A stretch of 64,000 bases of DNA from Yuukianura sp. NJ FZ-2021 (Eukaryota). Below, piece after piece: positions 25,901-49,666 of this stretch. How positions within the stretch are numbered: the stretch's first letter is position 1; the number at the start of each line of letters is the position of its first letter. The stretch is from assembly GCA_046563655.1 (NCBI GenBank), contig CM102283.1, forward strand, positions 1,736,001 to 1,800,000, in the 5' to 3' direction. The position numbers were made by a program, and so were the translations under genes. The notes under the pieces were generated by a model that saw nothing but the letters and a program-made list of their open reading frames with translations, did no database searches and had not been told where the DNA came from.

Positions 25901-26557
25901 AAATCCAACTTTGGAAATACTTTTTTTTTTCGAAACCATCCATTTTATTACTCTGATTTTTGGTTTATCGTTTTTAATAGTAAAGGGTTAACTTTCTAAA
26001 ATTCAAATATTTTATGATTTGGTTCAAAAATTTCTCCATTGTGTATTTTTAAAATTTTTTGTTGAGTTTCTAATATCCTTATGGCCTATTCAAATTGTTT
26101 ACGACTATTCTCGAAAGTTACCATAGTTCGATCCGAATACCCCGATCCGAAGTATGCCGATCCTAGGGTATTTTTAGAGTAACAAGGGTTTAATTGTTTT
26201 ACATTAGTATATTATAGTTAGATTATTTAAAACTTGCTTAGCTTATGTTCGGTTAGATACGTGTTTTACCTTAGGAATTTTAGCAGGAATTTGATTAAAA
26301 ATAATTATTAATTGAATTTGCACAGGAACTACCAGGTCACTTGTTTGGCATAAAATTTGGTCATATTTGTAAGCGGCCACAGTTCGAATGTCTGCCATTT
26401 TGATTTGCTCGAGTTGGATCGGTTTTTACATGCAGCGACTCTGACTTGGAATAGACAACAACCCTGAAATCCAATAAATCTTCTGGCGGGATTTACTACA
26501 ACTTTCTTTTGTTATTAGTACATTGCTACATCTCTTCTTGCGTACCAAGTGGCTACA

Positions 26558-27378
26558 ATGTATTTCTTAACATTGTTGCCTCTTAACAATGTTCTTAACA
26601 ATGTTAAGAAATACATTGTTGCCAATTCTGATCTTCACTAAAAGTACATTAGGAATTGACCGGTCACATTTCTTTGAGGGTGGGCCGGACACAATTTTGA
26701 GCAAAGATGAAGCGTATGTCGACACGCACCTGCCAAACTTCAAATTCTTCGGAAAAACGTTCAACCGCATCTTTGTCGGCGATAATGGCATTCTTTCATT
26801 CCTCGAAGGTAATTCTTATCCTAATTATGAACCTAGGTTGTTCTTACATTATTTCTATTTAAACCGATTGCATTATACATTAATAGATTTATGGATAATA
26901 ATATACGTATTTTAATATAATATGATATTGTATTTACATTATAAATGATACATAAATGTGTTTGCATACATTGTAATGCTATTATACATTATACATAACT
27001 TCTATTTACATTATACATAAATGTTGAAACACTTCTTTTTTACAGGAATCGATTACTCAGTTCTAGTTGCTTCGATATCCAGGGAAGTGTTGATGGGTCA
27101 ATGTTCATCACTCCATTTTGGTCTGAAGTTAACCCACAAATGGGTGGGATAATTTGACACTCCGTCAATTCTGATGTCAAGAGTCTGGAAAAAGTCAACA
27201 AACAACTCCAAGCATCGTTTCCGAGCTCTACTCCCCACAATATGCATTGGATATTTGTGGCAGCATGGCTGGGTGTGCATCCCAGAGGACACAATTCAAG
27301 TAACAAACAGTGCAGAAACACATTTCAGACAATCCTAACCAGCGACGGAACGCACTCTTATGTCATCTTCTACTACGG
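26558..27378 (+). pseudogene. NIDO-vWA family pseudogene (exons 1-2 only)
   Basis: Scrambled start region, a 1-nt deletion near 27056 and a TGA near 27154 relative to paralogs; exon 3 is replaced by unrelated sequence after about 27450. Confidence 0.8.
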
Positions 27379-28223
27379 TTAGAATTATTTCACAAAAAAA
27401 AATAAATAAATGCTAAAGACAAATATAAAGACAACTTGAATTTTTTGATTTTTGAATGGAATTATAACATTATAAACACCCGATATCTATTTTTTTGTAT
27501 CAACAACGGAAGTTACAGGGAATTAACAGGTATTCCCAAAAAATTCCAAACTTCCCTCCCTCCCGGTTGAGAAAATTTCAGATTCCCTCCCGTTCCTTCC
27601 CTACTAGTTTTCACCCCCTCCCTCTCATTTCCCTGCAGGGAACAGGCAGAGAACAGCGAATCCCTGTTAAACCGGGTCCCGGTTCCACCTCTGATACAGC
27701 AACCAATTGAAACAATCGAAATAAATAAAATTCTGGAAAAGTTTGGGTTATATTTTACAAACGTATTTTCCAACACACTTCATGAAATACTTTTGAAATT
27801 CCTAATTTAAAGTTAGAAGATTTCAAAAGTTTCAGCTACCTAAGAAATAAAGTGAATAAAATGGAAACAGCGAAACTACGATTGGTAAAGACACAAAAAC
27901 AGCTACAAATTTTGATTTTTGAAAGCATTGTGTTTGTACAATTCGGTTTTTTAGTTTTTTTTTTTTTTCAGAACTTATCATCAAATTTTCAAAAAATCAT
28001 CCATCTGGTTTGCTTTTCATCGTGTTTAGAAAGTGCTAATTTTTTAATGTTCGGATTTTATATTAGTTTGGTCCGGCAATTTCTCCATTGTTTTGGAATT
28101 TTTGTTGGATCGCCTGAAATCCAATAAACTGATTGCTTGCAGTAGTTTTATTCGTAAAATAGCTGTTTGTTACTGTTGGTCCATTACTACACTTCTTGTT
28201 GCCCAAAACTCCAAGTGGCTACA

Positions 28224-29171
28224 ATGTATTTCATCACGTTGTTGCCAATTCTAGTCCTCACGAAAAGTACATTTGGAATTGACACCTATCCAGATTTACC
28301 GAAACTCGCGGATATTCGAAAACTTAGACAGATCGAAGTCCCATATACCGATCCAGAATTTCCCGCCGATGGGCAATGTCCTTTGCCTAAAGATGACCAC
28401 TGCGGGTCAACAACACTCTGTCGCAAAAATATTGTCGACCTGGTAGAACATCTTGTCAATTTCATAAGAGACTTCCCCACGAAATGTTTGAAAAAACCCC
28501 CTGGAGATTCATCCCCACCCACCGAACCCCCAGCGGACCCTGAAAACCCTGAACCAACAAAACCCCCAACATGGACTCAAGAACCCCCTATTTCTGCGCT
28601 CCCCTCAACCACTCATGCGCCAGACGTCGCAGTGCCATGTCCTGAAGTCAGTGATTTCGGAATTATGCTGGATTCATCTGGGAGTATCGGCAAGAAAAAT
28701 TATAATTTAGCACTGGAATTTGTTGACAAACTGGTGGCAGCATTTGTTGGAAGGAGCAGAATAATGATGATTTACTATTCCAGTCGAGTCGTAATATACA
28801 TTCCACTTGCCAATACTTACACTCCAGCTGAGATTTCTGGACTCATCAAACGAACTCCCTACATCAGCCGAGGAACTTACACGAGAATTGCATTACTCAG
28901 TGCAATTGAGGAAATGAAGGCTAACAAACGAGCGGGGATTACACAGCGTTTGGTCATTTTAACAGACGGAGTGCCCTCTGCTCCACTCACATTCGAACCA
29001 AAACGAGCACAAGACGCAGGAATTCAAGTATTTGCGGTGGGAATCGGCAAAGACATTAACGAGCGCAATCTTGTACAAATGACGTTGCGAAAAGACCGCG
29101 TAATGTCGGTCCAACGTTATGATCAGCTAAAGCAAAAATTAAACGAGATCAGCAAAATGATGTGTCTTTGA
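28224..29171 (+). CDS. Single-exon secreted vWA protein lacking the NIDO domain (315 aa)
   Basis: MYFITLLPILVLTKSTFGID is fused directly to ..PKLADIRKLRQIE..CPLPKDDHCGSTTLCRKNIVDLV.., a Pro-rich linker and a vWA with DSSGS/T/LTDG; open frame to TGA with aataaa downstream. Confidence 0.85.
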   Translation: MYFITLLPILVLTKSTFGIDTYPDLPKLADIRKLRQIEVPYTDPEFPADGQCPLPKDDHCGSTTLCRKNIVDLVEHLVNFIRDFPTKCLKKPPGDSSPPTEPPADPENPEPTKPPTWTQEPPISALPSTTHAPDVAVPCPEVSDFGIMLDSSGSIGKKNYNLALEFVDKLVAAFVGRSRIMMIYYSSRVVIYIPLANTYTPAEISGLIKRTPYISRGTYTRIALLSAIEEMKANKRAGITQRLVILTDGVPSAPLTFEPKRAQDAGIQVFAVGIGKDINERNLVQMTLRKDRVMSVQRYDQLKQKLNEISKMMCL

Positions 29172-30428
29172 ATTGCTCTATTTCTTATTTTGTTTGTGAA
29201 ATCTTAATTCCTCGTAAGTAGAGGCCAGTTGAATCGGAAGGAATAAATAAAATTATAAAAACATTTGAGTTATTTTATAAACTTATTTTACAACTAATAC
29301 TTTAAAAATTACTTTCAAATTGCGTTGGAAATTGCCCCGTTGGAAATTGCAACTCACTTTATTGAGTTTATAGAATATGAATATGGAATACAGAATATGA
29401 TTTGAGAAAAATACACTTTTTTCCAAAAAGTAAAAAGCTGGAAAGTCAGAAGGTGTGATGGCGTTTGAAAAAAAAAACAATATTCAGGAACGCTTCCTCC
29501 CGGAAGAGAACTATACGAAATCTTCTATCTTTAGTATTTAAGTTTCATCCAAGTGTTTTTGAAATAATAAAAAAAGAAAGTAAGTAAAAAAAAAAATATT
29601 CTGGAATTTTTCAACTTTCTATAAAAAAGGAAAATGCACTTTAGTGAATTTGTTAGCCTAATCCTGACTTTCTTCAAAAGTCCTACTGTAGAAAGTTAGA
29701 AGGTGTGATGCGGTTTTCAAAAAACAATATTTTGGAATTTTTAAAATTCCCATAAATTAGGAAAATACATTGAAGTGAGGTTCTCAGCCAAATCGTCACT
29801 TTTCCAGAAGTCCTACTGTAGTAATAAGTTAGACGAGAAAGAAAAAGACGAGAAACAGAATTCAGAATTTTTAGGTATTTCTGAGATTTAGCTAGATTCC
29901 ATCAAGACGAATAGATATTTCCAAGGTTCCTTGACAACCTAACCTTTCGTTGTCAAGGAACCTTGGATATTTCTGACTAGGGGGTGGGGGGATAGTACTC
30001 GTAGTCCCCCAAATTTTCATCAATTGTTTTTTGATTTTAACACGACTCATGAATCTGATATTCATAAAACTCATATTTGTAATTTTGTTCGTGTAAATTG
30101 TGTAGTAAGTGTGGCGCTGCCTTTCTTCCAAAATATAGAATATAAATATAGAATCTATATTTATATTCTATATCTTAATCTATATTTCGATTTGCAATTT
30201 ACTCTCTATTGCCAATTAAATTTCGAAGAGTTTCAGTTTAAGCTTAAAAAATAAGTTACATGAAATTTAAACTTCATGGCGTTTGTTTTTATGAATCATC
30301 GAAGCATTTTTTTTTACAAGTTGTCTGTCATCTCAAATAAGCAACAACATTTTCCAAAAGCAATTAATTTTGGTGCCAGGATTTACGCGGGGAGTTGTGG
30401 ATATACACAAATTCCCGGGTATTTAGAG

Positions 30429-30881
30429 CAGGGTTGGCAGCTATGTTTCTTACACCGTTTCGTACACGTAAGAAACGACGTAAGAAACGTCACTGAAAAC
30501 TACAAGCGTAAGATTCGTAAGATTCGATTTGCAAATTTTTGGAAAATTTAATGTTAAAATTAAGGAAATCTGTTTTCACCGAACTTTTGTTCTAGTAAAT
30601 ACCTTAAAGCCACGATGGACATGGACATGGACATAGACTTTGACGAAACCAATCTCTATCTTAACACTTTTGTTTGGTTAAGCGTCAAAACTAATCTTTA
30701 ATCTATGACTTTTGTTCAGTTTCGTAGTGGGTGAAGTAGGAATTTTGCTTTAAAAACTCTTTTTTTTCAGTCTTTCAGAAATTTTGCTAGTTTTGCTAAA
30801 TTGAAAACTACGATTGAATCTTACGCGTTTCTTACGTTTCTTACGTAGTTTTCCGAAAACTACGTAGTTTTGCCAACCCTG
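30429..30881. mobile_element. hAT-type MITE, 11-bp TIR, 8-bp TSD
   Basis: TIR cagggttggca / tgccaaccctg; atttagag is duplicated at 30421-30428 and 30882-30889. Only the right part survives in block A (about 5798-6101). Confidence 0.85.
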
Positions 30882-31602
30882 ATTTAGAGCTTTTCTGGCA
30901 ATCTTATGTAAAGAGCATGCGCAGTTTTTAGAAAGTGTTAACTTTCTAATTTTCGCATTTTTTATGATTTTGTCCAGAAGTTTCTCCATTGTGAATTTGG
31001 AAATTTTTTTGTTCAATTTCTAATATTCTTATGACCTATTCAAAATGTTTCAATTGTGAAAGTTGTCGAAAAATACGAGAAAGCTGGGTCATAACCTAAA
31101 TAGAATGAGGCTGAAGTAACAATTAAAAAAACATAGTTCAGGAGTATGCGGGCGATCATTGGCCCGATCCGAAATATGCCGATCCCAGGGTATTTTTAGC
31201 TTAACATGCGTTACATGATTTTGCATTAGATGTACATTAGTTTGGGTTAGATTATTTCCAATTTCCTTAATTTACGTTCGGTTACAGCATACAACGTGTT
31301 CTAGCTTAAGAAGTTTAGGTGAAATTTGATATAAAATAATTATTAATTAAATTGCATGGAACTTTTGTTTTACATAACAGGCCGATCTTGGCACGCGCCA
31401 CGTTGGAATCGGCGATTCCCATTGGCACAAGTTAGATCGGCTGGATCGGTTTTTTCGTACATGAACTATGACTTGGAATAGACAATAACCACGAAATGCA
31501 ATAAAACTATTTTCGGTATTTACTATAATGTAGTACAATAGCTGTCTGTTGCTGTCAGTACATTTTTGCACTTCTTCTTGAGCACAACTCCAAGTGGCTA
31601 CG

Positions 31603-33574
31603 ATGTGTTTCTTAACATTGTTGCCAATTCTGATCTTTACTAAAAGTACATTTGGAATTGATCGGTCCCATTTCTTTGAGGGTGGGACAGACACGGTTTT
31701 GAGCAAAGATGAGGCGTATGTCGGCACTCACCTTCCAAACTTCAAGCTTTTCGGAAACACGTTCAACCGCATATTTGTCGGCGATAATGGCATTCTTTCA
31801 TTCCTTGAAGGTAATTCTTATGCTACTTGTAAACCCAGATTCTTACATTATATCTATATAAATCTATTTTCATTATACATAATTAATAATTATAATTATT
31901 AATTATACATAATTATATTTACAGTAGACATTGTACATGAATGTTGCTGACACTCCTTTCTTTTTTACAGGAATCGATTACTTCATTTCGAGTTGCTACG
32001 ATATCCAGGGAAGTGTTGATGGGTCAATGCTTATCGCTCCATTTTGGTCCGAAGTTAACCCAGAAATGGGTGGGCTAATTTCTTACTCCGTCAATTCTGA
32101 TGTCAAGAGTCTGGAAAAAGTCAACAAACAACTCCAAGCAGGGTTTCCGAGATCTAAGCCCCACAACATGCATTGGGTATTTGTTGCAACATGGCTGGAT
32201 GTGCATCCCAGGGGACACAATTCAAGTAACACACAGTGCAGAAACACATTTCAGACAATCCTAACCAGCGACGGAACGCGCTCTTATGTCATCTTCTACT
32301 ACGGTTAGAATTATTTCACAAAAAATTAAATAATTTTTTTTAAAGGTAAATAAATTTAAACAAATATTAAATATTTTTAATATTAATATTAATATTAATA
32401 ATTTTTAATAATTAATAATATTTAATATTAATATTAATATTTTTAAATAAATACTAATAGATAAATGTAAAGATAACTTGAATTTCGTGTTTTAGAAACT
32501 CTCAACTGGATTTCCGGGAAGAACTTCGATGGAAACTGCAGCGAGGAGGCTCATGGCTCAGCAACTGCTGGATTCTACGCTGGACACAAAATTCATCGAG
32601 GCGAAATTCAACGAATTAGTCCTGCGTCATGTACCCGCGAAGTTAGAGAATTGGCAACATCCAGCAACGTGGGTCAAAACGGGGTTTGGGTATTTAAGGT
32701 AGATAAAACTCTAGAGGTACCGAAACTCAAGGATATTCGAAAACCTCGACAAATCGAATACGCTGATCCGCAATTTCCCGCTGATGGTACATGCCCTAAG
32801 CCTAAAAATGATCTATGTGGGTCAACTACTCCCTGTCGCAAAAATATTGTCGACCTGGTAGAGTATTTTGTCAATTTCCTAAAAGACTTTCCAACGAAAT
32901 GTTTGGGTAAAAATCCCGGTACCGGAAACCCACGTCCTGAACCCACCGACCCACCTGGGTACCCACCTCCAGATCGCACCTCTTCCCCCAGGTACCCGGA
33001 CGATCCTGATCCAATCACTGAACCGCCAAACATTCCCACGAAATGTGATCAAGTCAATGATATCGGCATTCTGTTAGACTCTTCTGGTAGTATCGGTGAC
33101 GAATCGTATAAGTTGGCACTGGCATTTGTTGACAAATTGGCATCAGCTTTTGTTGAAAAGAGCAGAATCATGATGATTTACTACGGAACTGCTGTGAGAT
33201 TTCAATTGGAACTGGATAACAAGTGGACACCAGCTGAGATTTCTGAAGTCATCCAAACAACTCCTTACCTGAGCGAAGACACGTACACTGGAAAAGCAAT
33301 TGAAGTTGCAACAGAGCACATGAAGAAGAGGAAACGAGATGGAGTTTCACAAAACCTTGTGATTTTAACTGACGGGGATCCGACTGTTCCACTTGCCTAT
33401 GCGCCAATTGATGCAAAAGACGCGGGAATTTCAATATTTGCAGTGGGAATAGGTAAACAGATCAAAATGCAAAACCTCATGAGTATGACATTGCAAGCAG
33501 ACAGAGTAACTACGGTCCAAAGTTATGAAGAATTGGATCAAAAGTTAAGAGATGTCAGCCAAATGATGTGTTAA
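31603..33574 (+). CDS. Secreted NIDO + linker + vWA protein, paralog B2 (near-identical to A2)
   Basis: Exons 31603-31810, 31971-32303, 32496-33574; same motifs as 6833-8761 plus a 4-aa PGYP insertion. Confidence 0.88.
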
Positions 33575-34216
33575 TGTGTGAACCAAGGTTCCTAGAGCAA
33601 CGAAATAGTTTTCCTTTAACAGGTTTGGCAATAAAGGCTGTTTACGAAAAAATCCCGCTCCGAACAACTTTTTCCGCCAATCCCATTTGAGTACATATAA
33701 ACAGAGATTTTTAAATAAAAATTTTTACTAACAAAAAAACTTCTAGTTATTGCCTAACCTATTGAAGAATAAACTATTTTCTTGTTTACGAACCTTGGTG
33801 TGAACTGTTTTGTCGAAATCGGCTGATTTTCTCAAATTTTTAGAAACCAGTTGAAAAAATTCGAATAAATAAAATTATGAAAACATTTGGATTCTTTTAT
33901 AAACTTTTTTTAGAGAAGTTAAAAAGTCAAAAATTTGAGTAATTAACAATAGAATATATCGTAATAAATTTATAAACTTATTTAACGGCATACATTTGAA
34001 ATTCCGTGGGTTAAAATTGGAAGATTTTTGAAATTTCAACTTCAAAAATAAATGTAATGTTTGCGACGTATTTATTAGAAGAAAAGTAATTACGATTGAT
34101 ACAGACGAAAAAAAGAAACAGAGGAAATTTTGATTTTTTTAGAGTTTGATACAATTCTGTTTTGGATTTCCGAAACAGAAATTTTGGGTTTCACGGTTCG
34201 GTTTTGAGTTAGTACC

Positions 34217-35536
34217 TCAGAAGAGGATTTTGTTTTTCGGGAGTGTTTCGGCAAAGGAACGACGCACAAGCTTCGTGGAGTTACGTTTCGCTTTGATTGC
34301 TTTTCCCACGACAATGAGGGGCGGAGCCTCGGGTGCTGCTAGCACCGGGAGTGGTGGAATTCCACCACTCCCGGTACTAGCAGCACCAAGCCGATGGGCA
34401 GCTGTGATTGGTCGAGCGGAGACGGCGGAAGGCTGTGATTGGACGACGGGAGGAACAAATACCGGTGGAACCATTGACGGCATGCGGAATCTGTCGTCTA
34501 AGGCGCCCTGCCGAGCTGAGTTCAAATGGTACCGAGTTGTGTGAGCGTGAGCCGGTACTGTTTCGACGAAACACTTGTTGGTACACTTGTGAGGACCTTT
34601 GCGTAGAAACTGTGCATTTGCGAAAATTGAGCAGAGTTGTGTGTTTCGGTCGTTGAGGCAACCGAGAAACGAATTCAGTTTCGGTCCGCCATCGAGCAAG
34701 CAGTCGCCCGGTACAGGACACTGTGAGTATACCGGACCATCGTCCCAGATGAGATCGAACCCACCAACACGTTTCTCATAACCAGTCAACCTGTAATTAC
34801 ACAAATTCAAATGAATTACTTTGTAATTACTTAGTAATTACCCTCTAATTACTTTGTAATTACTTTTCTTCCAGATCAAGGACGTTAATTGTATCGTCAA
34901 TTAAAGCGGATTTGAGCCAATAGTCTTCTTCGTTTGAAGGAGTAAAAGCCGGTGAACAATTGACCTGAAATTGAATTACTTTAGAAAGTAATTCGTAATT
35001 AAGTAATTAATAATTGCAATTACTTCGAGAAGCCAAGGTTGTAGTTCATCATCAATCAAAACATCGAAACCATAGATTTCAAGGCAATGTGAATCCTGAA
35101 TGATGAGTTGATGAACACTCTAGAGTGTGCGCACTACAATGTTGTCAATCTGGTTCATCAGTTCTTGAATAGCAACTTCGCCATGACGAGTTCTACGCAT
35201 GAGCAGAAAATTCATTTGTACATGTAATTACATTTGAATTTGTTCAATTTTTAAGTAATTTCATGAATTACGTCATGTATTCCCGCAATTTACCCAAGGA
35301 CCACTTTGACCCCTGAAAATTCAAACGCTAATTACTCGATTACTTTGATTACTAGAATTTCGATTACTCGATTTTTTCTTACGATTGCTGGATTGTAGTC
35401 TTCTGCTGTACGTTGAATGGCGACATTTGTCAAGTGAATGTAAACGTCTTGGAGCGTGTCGATTGAAAATTGACGTTGTGAAAACCGTGCAAATCCTTCC
35501 CGGTATATCCAAGCTTTGAGCGGGTTAAATGACGTT
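34217..35536 (-). pseudogene. TTLL9: 3' half of a TTLL9-like gene, block-B copy (5'-truncated; remaining exons appear open)
   Basis: [60 protein letters not shown]; breaks at the same junction as copy A. Confidence 0.8.
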
Positions 35537-35584
35537 AAACATCTTCGGGTCATTTCCGAAAGTGGGCGTGACTCGAATGAAATT

Positions 35585-37917
35585 GTGCAGTTGGGACGTA
35601 GAAGGGCGAGTTTCGTGTTTACATCTTTTTTTCGATTTTCCGTGGCGATTTTCGACAAAATTTCAAAATATTAAGGGTGGTGCACACAGTGAACTCATGA
35701 GCGCAATTCAGCGCTAATAATATTCACCGCAGATGGCGCACGCGAATTGGTTTATAATAATATATTTCATAATAATAAATTAATAATAATGATAATGATT
35801 TTATGTACAAATAATTATTTAAACTATTATTGGCTTAATGTTATCATCTCTATCGAATAATGTAGAAAAGTAACTACTCGTTGAATTCTAGAAATGTTGA
35901 AATAACAATAAGTCAAAAATTTCAATTTCTGTCGACTTTCGCTGCGAGAGCAAAATTGTATCGGTTTGTCCCACGAATTACAATGGTAGTACAACGTGGT
36001 ACAGTTTAATCGTTGCTGAAATCGCACATAGACGTCACAACTGTACTATTCAGATCAAATAAGAAACCGCAAAAACACATGCACGATGTCATGTGCTTTT
36101 TCCCATAAGAAAAAAAAAGGTACTCACTCCTTCCTTCCTTCCCTCCCTGAGAGAAGAGGGAAGATTCTTTTTTGACAGCGAAAAAGAAGAGAATATGAAG
36201 TTGCGCGGCTTGCCGGTGTTACCGCCAACAAATAATTTTTTTTACAAAGGAGGAACTCACAAGAAAAATAGTTTTTGGAGATAACACCTGCATGCCGCGC
36301 AATTGCAAATTCTCCACTTCTTCGCTGTCAAAAAAGAATCTTCCCTCTTTTCTCAGGGAAGGAAGGAAGGAGTGAGTAGCTTCTTTTTTCTTATGGGAAA
36401 AAAGCACATGACATCGTGCATGTGTTTTTGCGGTTTCTTATTTGATCTGAATAGTAATCACAAGTAAAAATTGAAGCTGAAATCGCACGTGAATATCGCA
36501 GCTGAAATCACATATCAAAATTGTAGACTAAATCGCACGTCAAAATCGCTACTAAGCCTCACAGCTGAAATGGGACCTAAACAGCGCACGTCAAAATTGA
36601 AACTAATAACCGCTTATCAAAATCGCAGCTAAAACCGCATGTAAATATCGCAGCTGAAAACTCAATGAAACAGCACGAGATCCCCGTCTGACTTGCAGAA
36701 GAAATTCAACATGAAAAATATGTAGCGCCAAATATTACAATCGTTGGCGGAAAGTGTCAACTGTGGGCTTGCGTGCACGTAATGTGCGATTTTATATTGC
36801 CATTTTGTTCTCACTCAGCAAGGCGGCAACGGCGCATGAGAATTTTATACTCGGATACTCGCCTCTATGGCCAACTTTTTTGCGTGCAACTGCTATGCTC
36901 TCTGATGGGAGTTTTTTTTCACGTACTCTAGTTGCGGCTGCGTTTTTTCTCTTGTGCATTACCAACTGCGAGATTCGCGTGTGATTCATGTCGTAATTTT
37001 TACATGTAAATCACATCTGCGATTTCTGTCGTGCGGTGGTTTCGGGAAGGAGATTTTCAAGTATTATTACTCTATTCGCACTGGAGGTAGGTTTTCACGT
37101 GTTATTAGGTATCTGTTAGATAGTCCACGACAAATCCAACTGAAAGGTCAAGTCCTCTACCCGAAGAAAAGTCCCTTTCTATTTCCGTTCCCACGCCTAG
37201 AACTGACGATGTATCCTGATTTGAAAATGACTACTAACTCGTTCTCGTCGATCAATGAACACAGAGTACTCAACTCCCAATTAGCCAATTGATTACTTTT
37301 AATGAAAACTTAATTTAAATCCAAATTTACACAATTGCCAATTCTTATCTTAAGGAGAGAGTCTTACTCTGTCAACGGTCAAAATCTTACTTCTTGCTTA
37401 TGCTTATGCGTCTTATTCTGTCATTAAAGGAAAAAGAGAGAAAAAAGAAGAGACGCTACAAAAGGCCCAAGGCCAGACGCTATCAGGGCTCCCAATCTTC
37501 ACCCACAACTTACAGAGAAACTATACTTGTGACAAAGATGAAAATTATAGAGAACACACCATATACTATAAACATCAAGTCCCCCGAGTTTCATCAAAAT
37601 CTGAACTATCGTTTTGGCGGGAGACGCGATCAAAAAATAATACTAAAATTAGAAAACTTAAAAATAATAAAGAAAGAGCCTTAACTATTCAACAGTATCC
37701 GCATATCTATCCGCGAAATTTTGTCTATATCGCGCGTGTTAAAATTCAGTACGCATATTAAAGGAAAGAATATAAACAACTCGGCGACGAAACATCGGAG
37801 TACAGAAAGGCAAAGTGTGAACAGACCTTAAAGTGATGAATTTTTCTAAAAATTGCCAAGGCGACGAGAAAATATTGGAGTAAACACGAAAGTCGCCTTT
37901 CTACGTCCCAGCCGCAT
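35585..37917. mobile_element. 2.3-kb non-autonomous DNA transposon with AATT 4-bp TSD (Sola1-like)
   Basis: Imperfect TIRs gtgcagttgggacgtagaagggcgagtttcgtgtttac / gtaaacacgaaagtcgcctttctacgtcccagccgcat; aatt at 35581-35584 and 37918-37921; empty site gaatgaaattgaagac at 10715-10730. Confidence 0.85.
36046..36454. mobile_element. Nested fold-back MITE with TA TSD (Tc1/mariner-type)
   Basis: TA|ctattcagatcaaataagaaaccgc...gcggtttcttatttgatctgaatag|TA; arms pair over about 190 bp. Confidence 0.88.
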
Positions 37918-38050
37918 AATTGAAGACAAGACGAACAATTCACTTCTGCTAGATGATCCCACTACAACTGATGACCTCGACAGTCACAAAGTCACTCTGC
38001 TTCCTTCATCTCGTTCTCCTTCCGTGTCTTCACGCATGACCGATGTCTAA
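37918..38050 (+). pseudogene. Block-B copy of the orphan Nav C-terminal tail (interrupted by the AATT-TSD element)
   Basis: IEDKTNNSLLLDDPTTTDDLDSHKVTLLPSSRSPSVSSRMTDV*; its 5' part is at 35536-35584. Confidence 0.8.
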
Positions 38051-38805
38051 ATTTTCAAAATCTCTAAAAATTCAAATAATGAAAGTGTTTTAAACAGTGC
38101 TAAAAAAGCAGGACCAATTTTGACAATGAAGACCAGAAGGTATACTGTCCATGTTGTCCAAAAACACCAATTACGCGCTTCAAAATTGTTGTTCAAAAAA
38201 ATTTCGCTAAAATTCGACTTTCAAATTGGAAAATTGGAACAATTTTGCTAAAAAGTTTTAGTGTTTAACACTGTGATCAACGAATTAAGCCATTTGTGAC
38301 CTTGCCATTTCAACTTTCAATTTACAAAACTTTACAAAATTTTTGCGCCTCTCAATGTGAAATAAATGTGATATTGTCCGTGTGTTGCAGCTTCAAATTA
38401 CGAAAAAGACATTACAGCTCGATTTCATTGTTGTTTCTGCGCAGTGCAAATGTTTTAGGCTGCGCAGAAGACAAAATCAATATAATGAAAGGATTTTGCA
38501 CTTTACAAGAAATCTTTTGTGCTCCAAAGACGCAATGCGCAAAACGAGCAAACTTTTTTCATCTTTCTTTTTTCTGCGAAAGAAAAGTGAAATTCCAGGA
38601 AAATCAATCCTGCTGCCCCATTTTCCACTTTCACTTGACTTTCTCCTGAAGTGCTAAACATTCACACACGGCTTTTAGCACTCCGTTTTTGCTAAAAATA
38701 GGAATTCTAGGGGTCAAGTAAGGTTAAGGTTAGGTTATCTAACTTAAAACATGGAAATTTTTGAGGTTGACCTTTGACCTTTGCTAAGTTTGAGTAAAGG
38801 TCATC

Positions 38806-49666
<10,861 letters not shown>

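Noticed and set aside
27497-27697. Possible MITE replacing exon 3 of the pseudogene
   Set aside because: The terminal match (tatca..ggaa / ttcc..tgata) is too degenerate and no TSD could be confirmed.
35718-37760. Transposase inside the AATT-TSD element
   Set aside because: Only short ORFs without recognisable DDE motifs.
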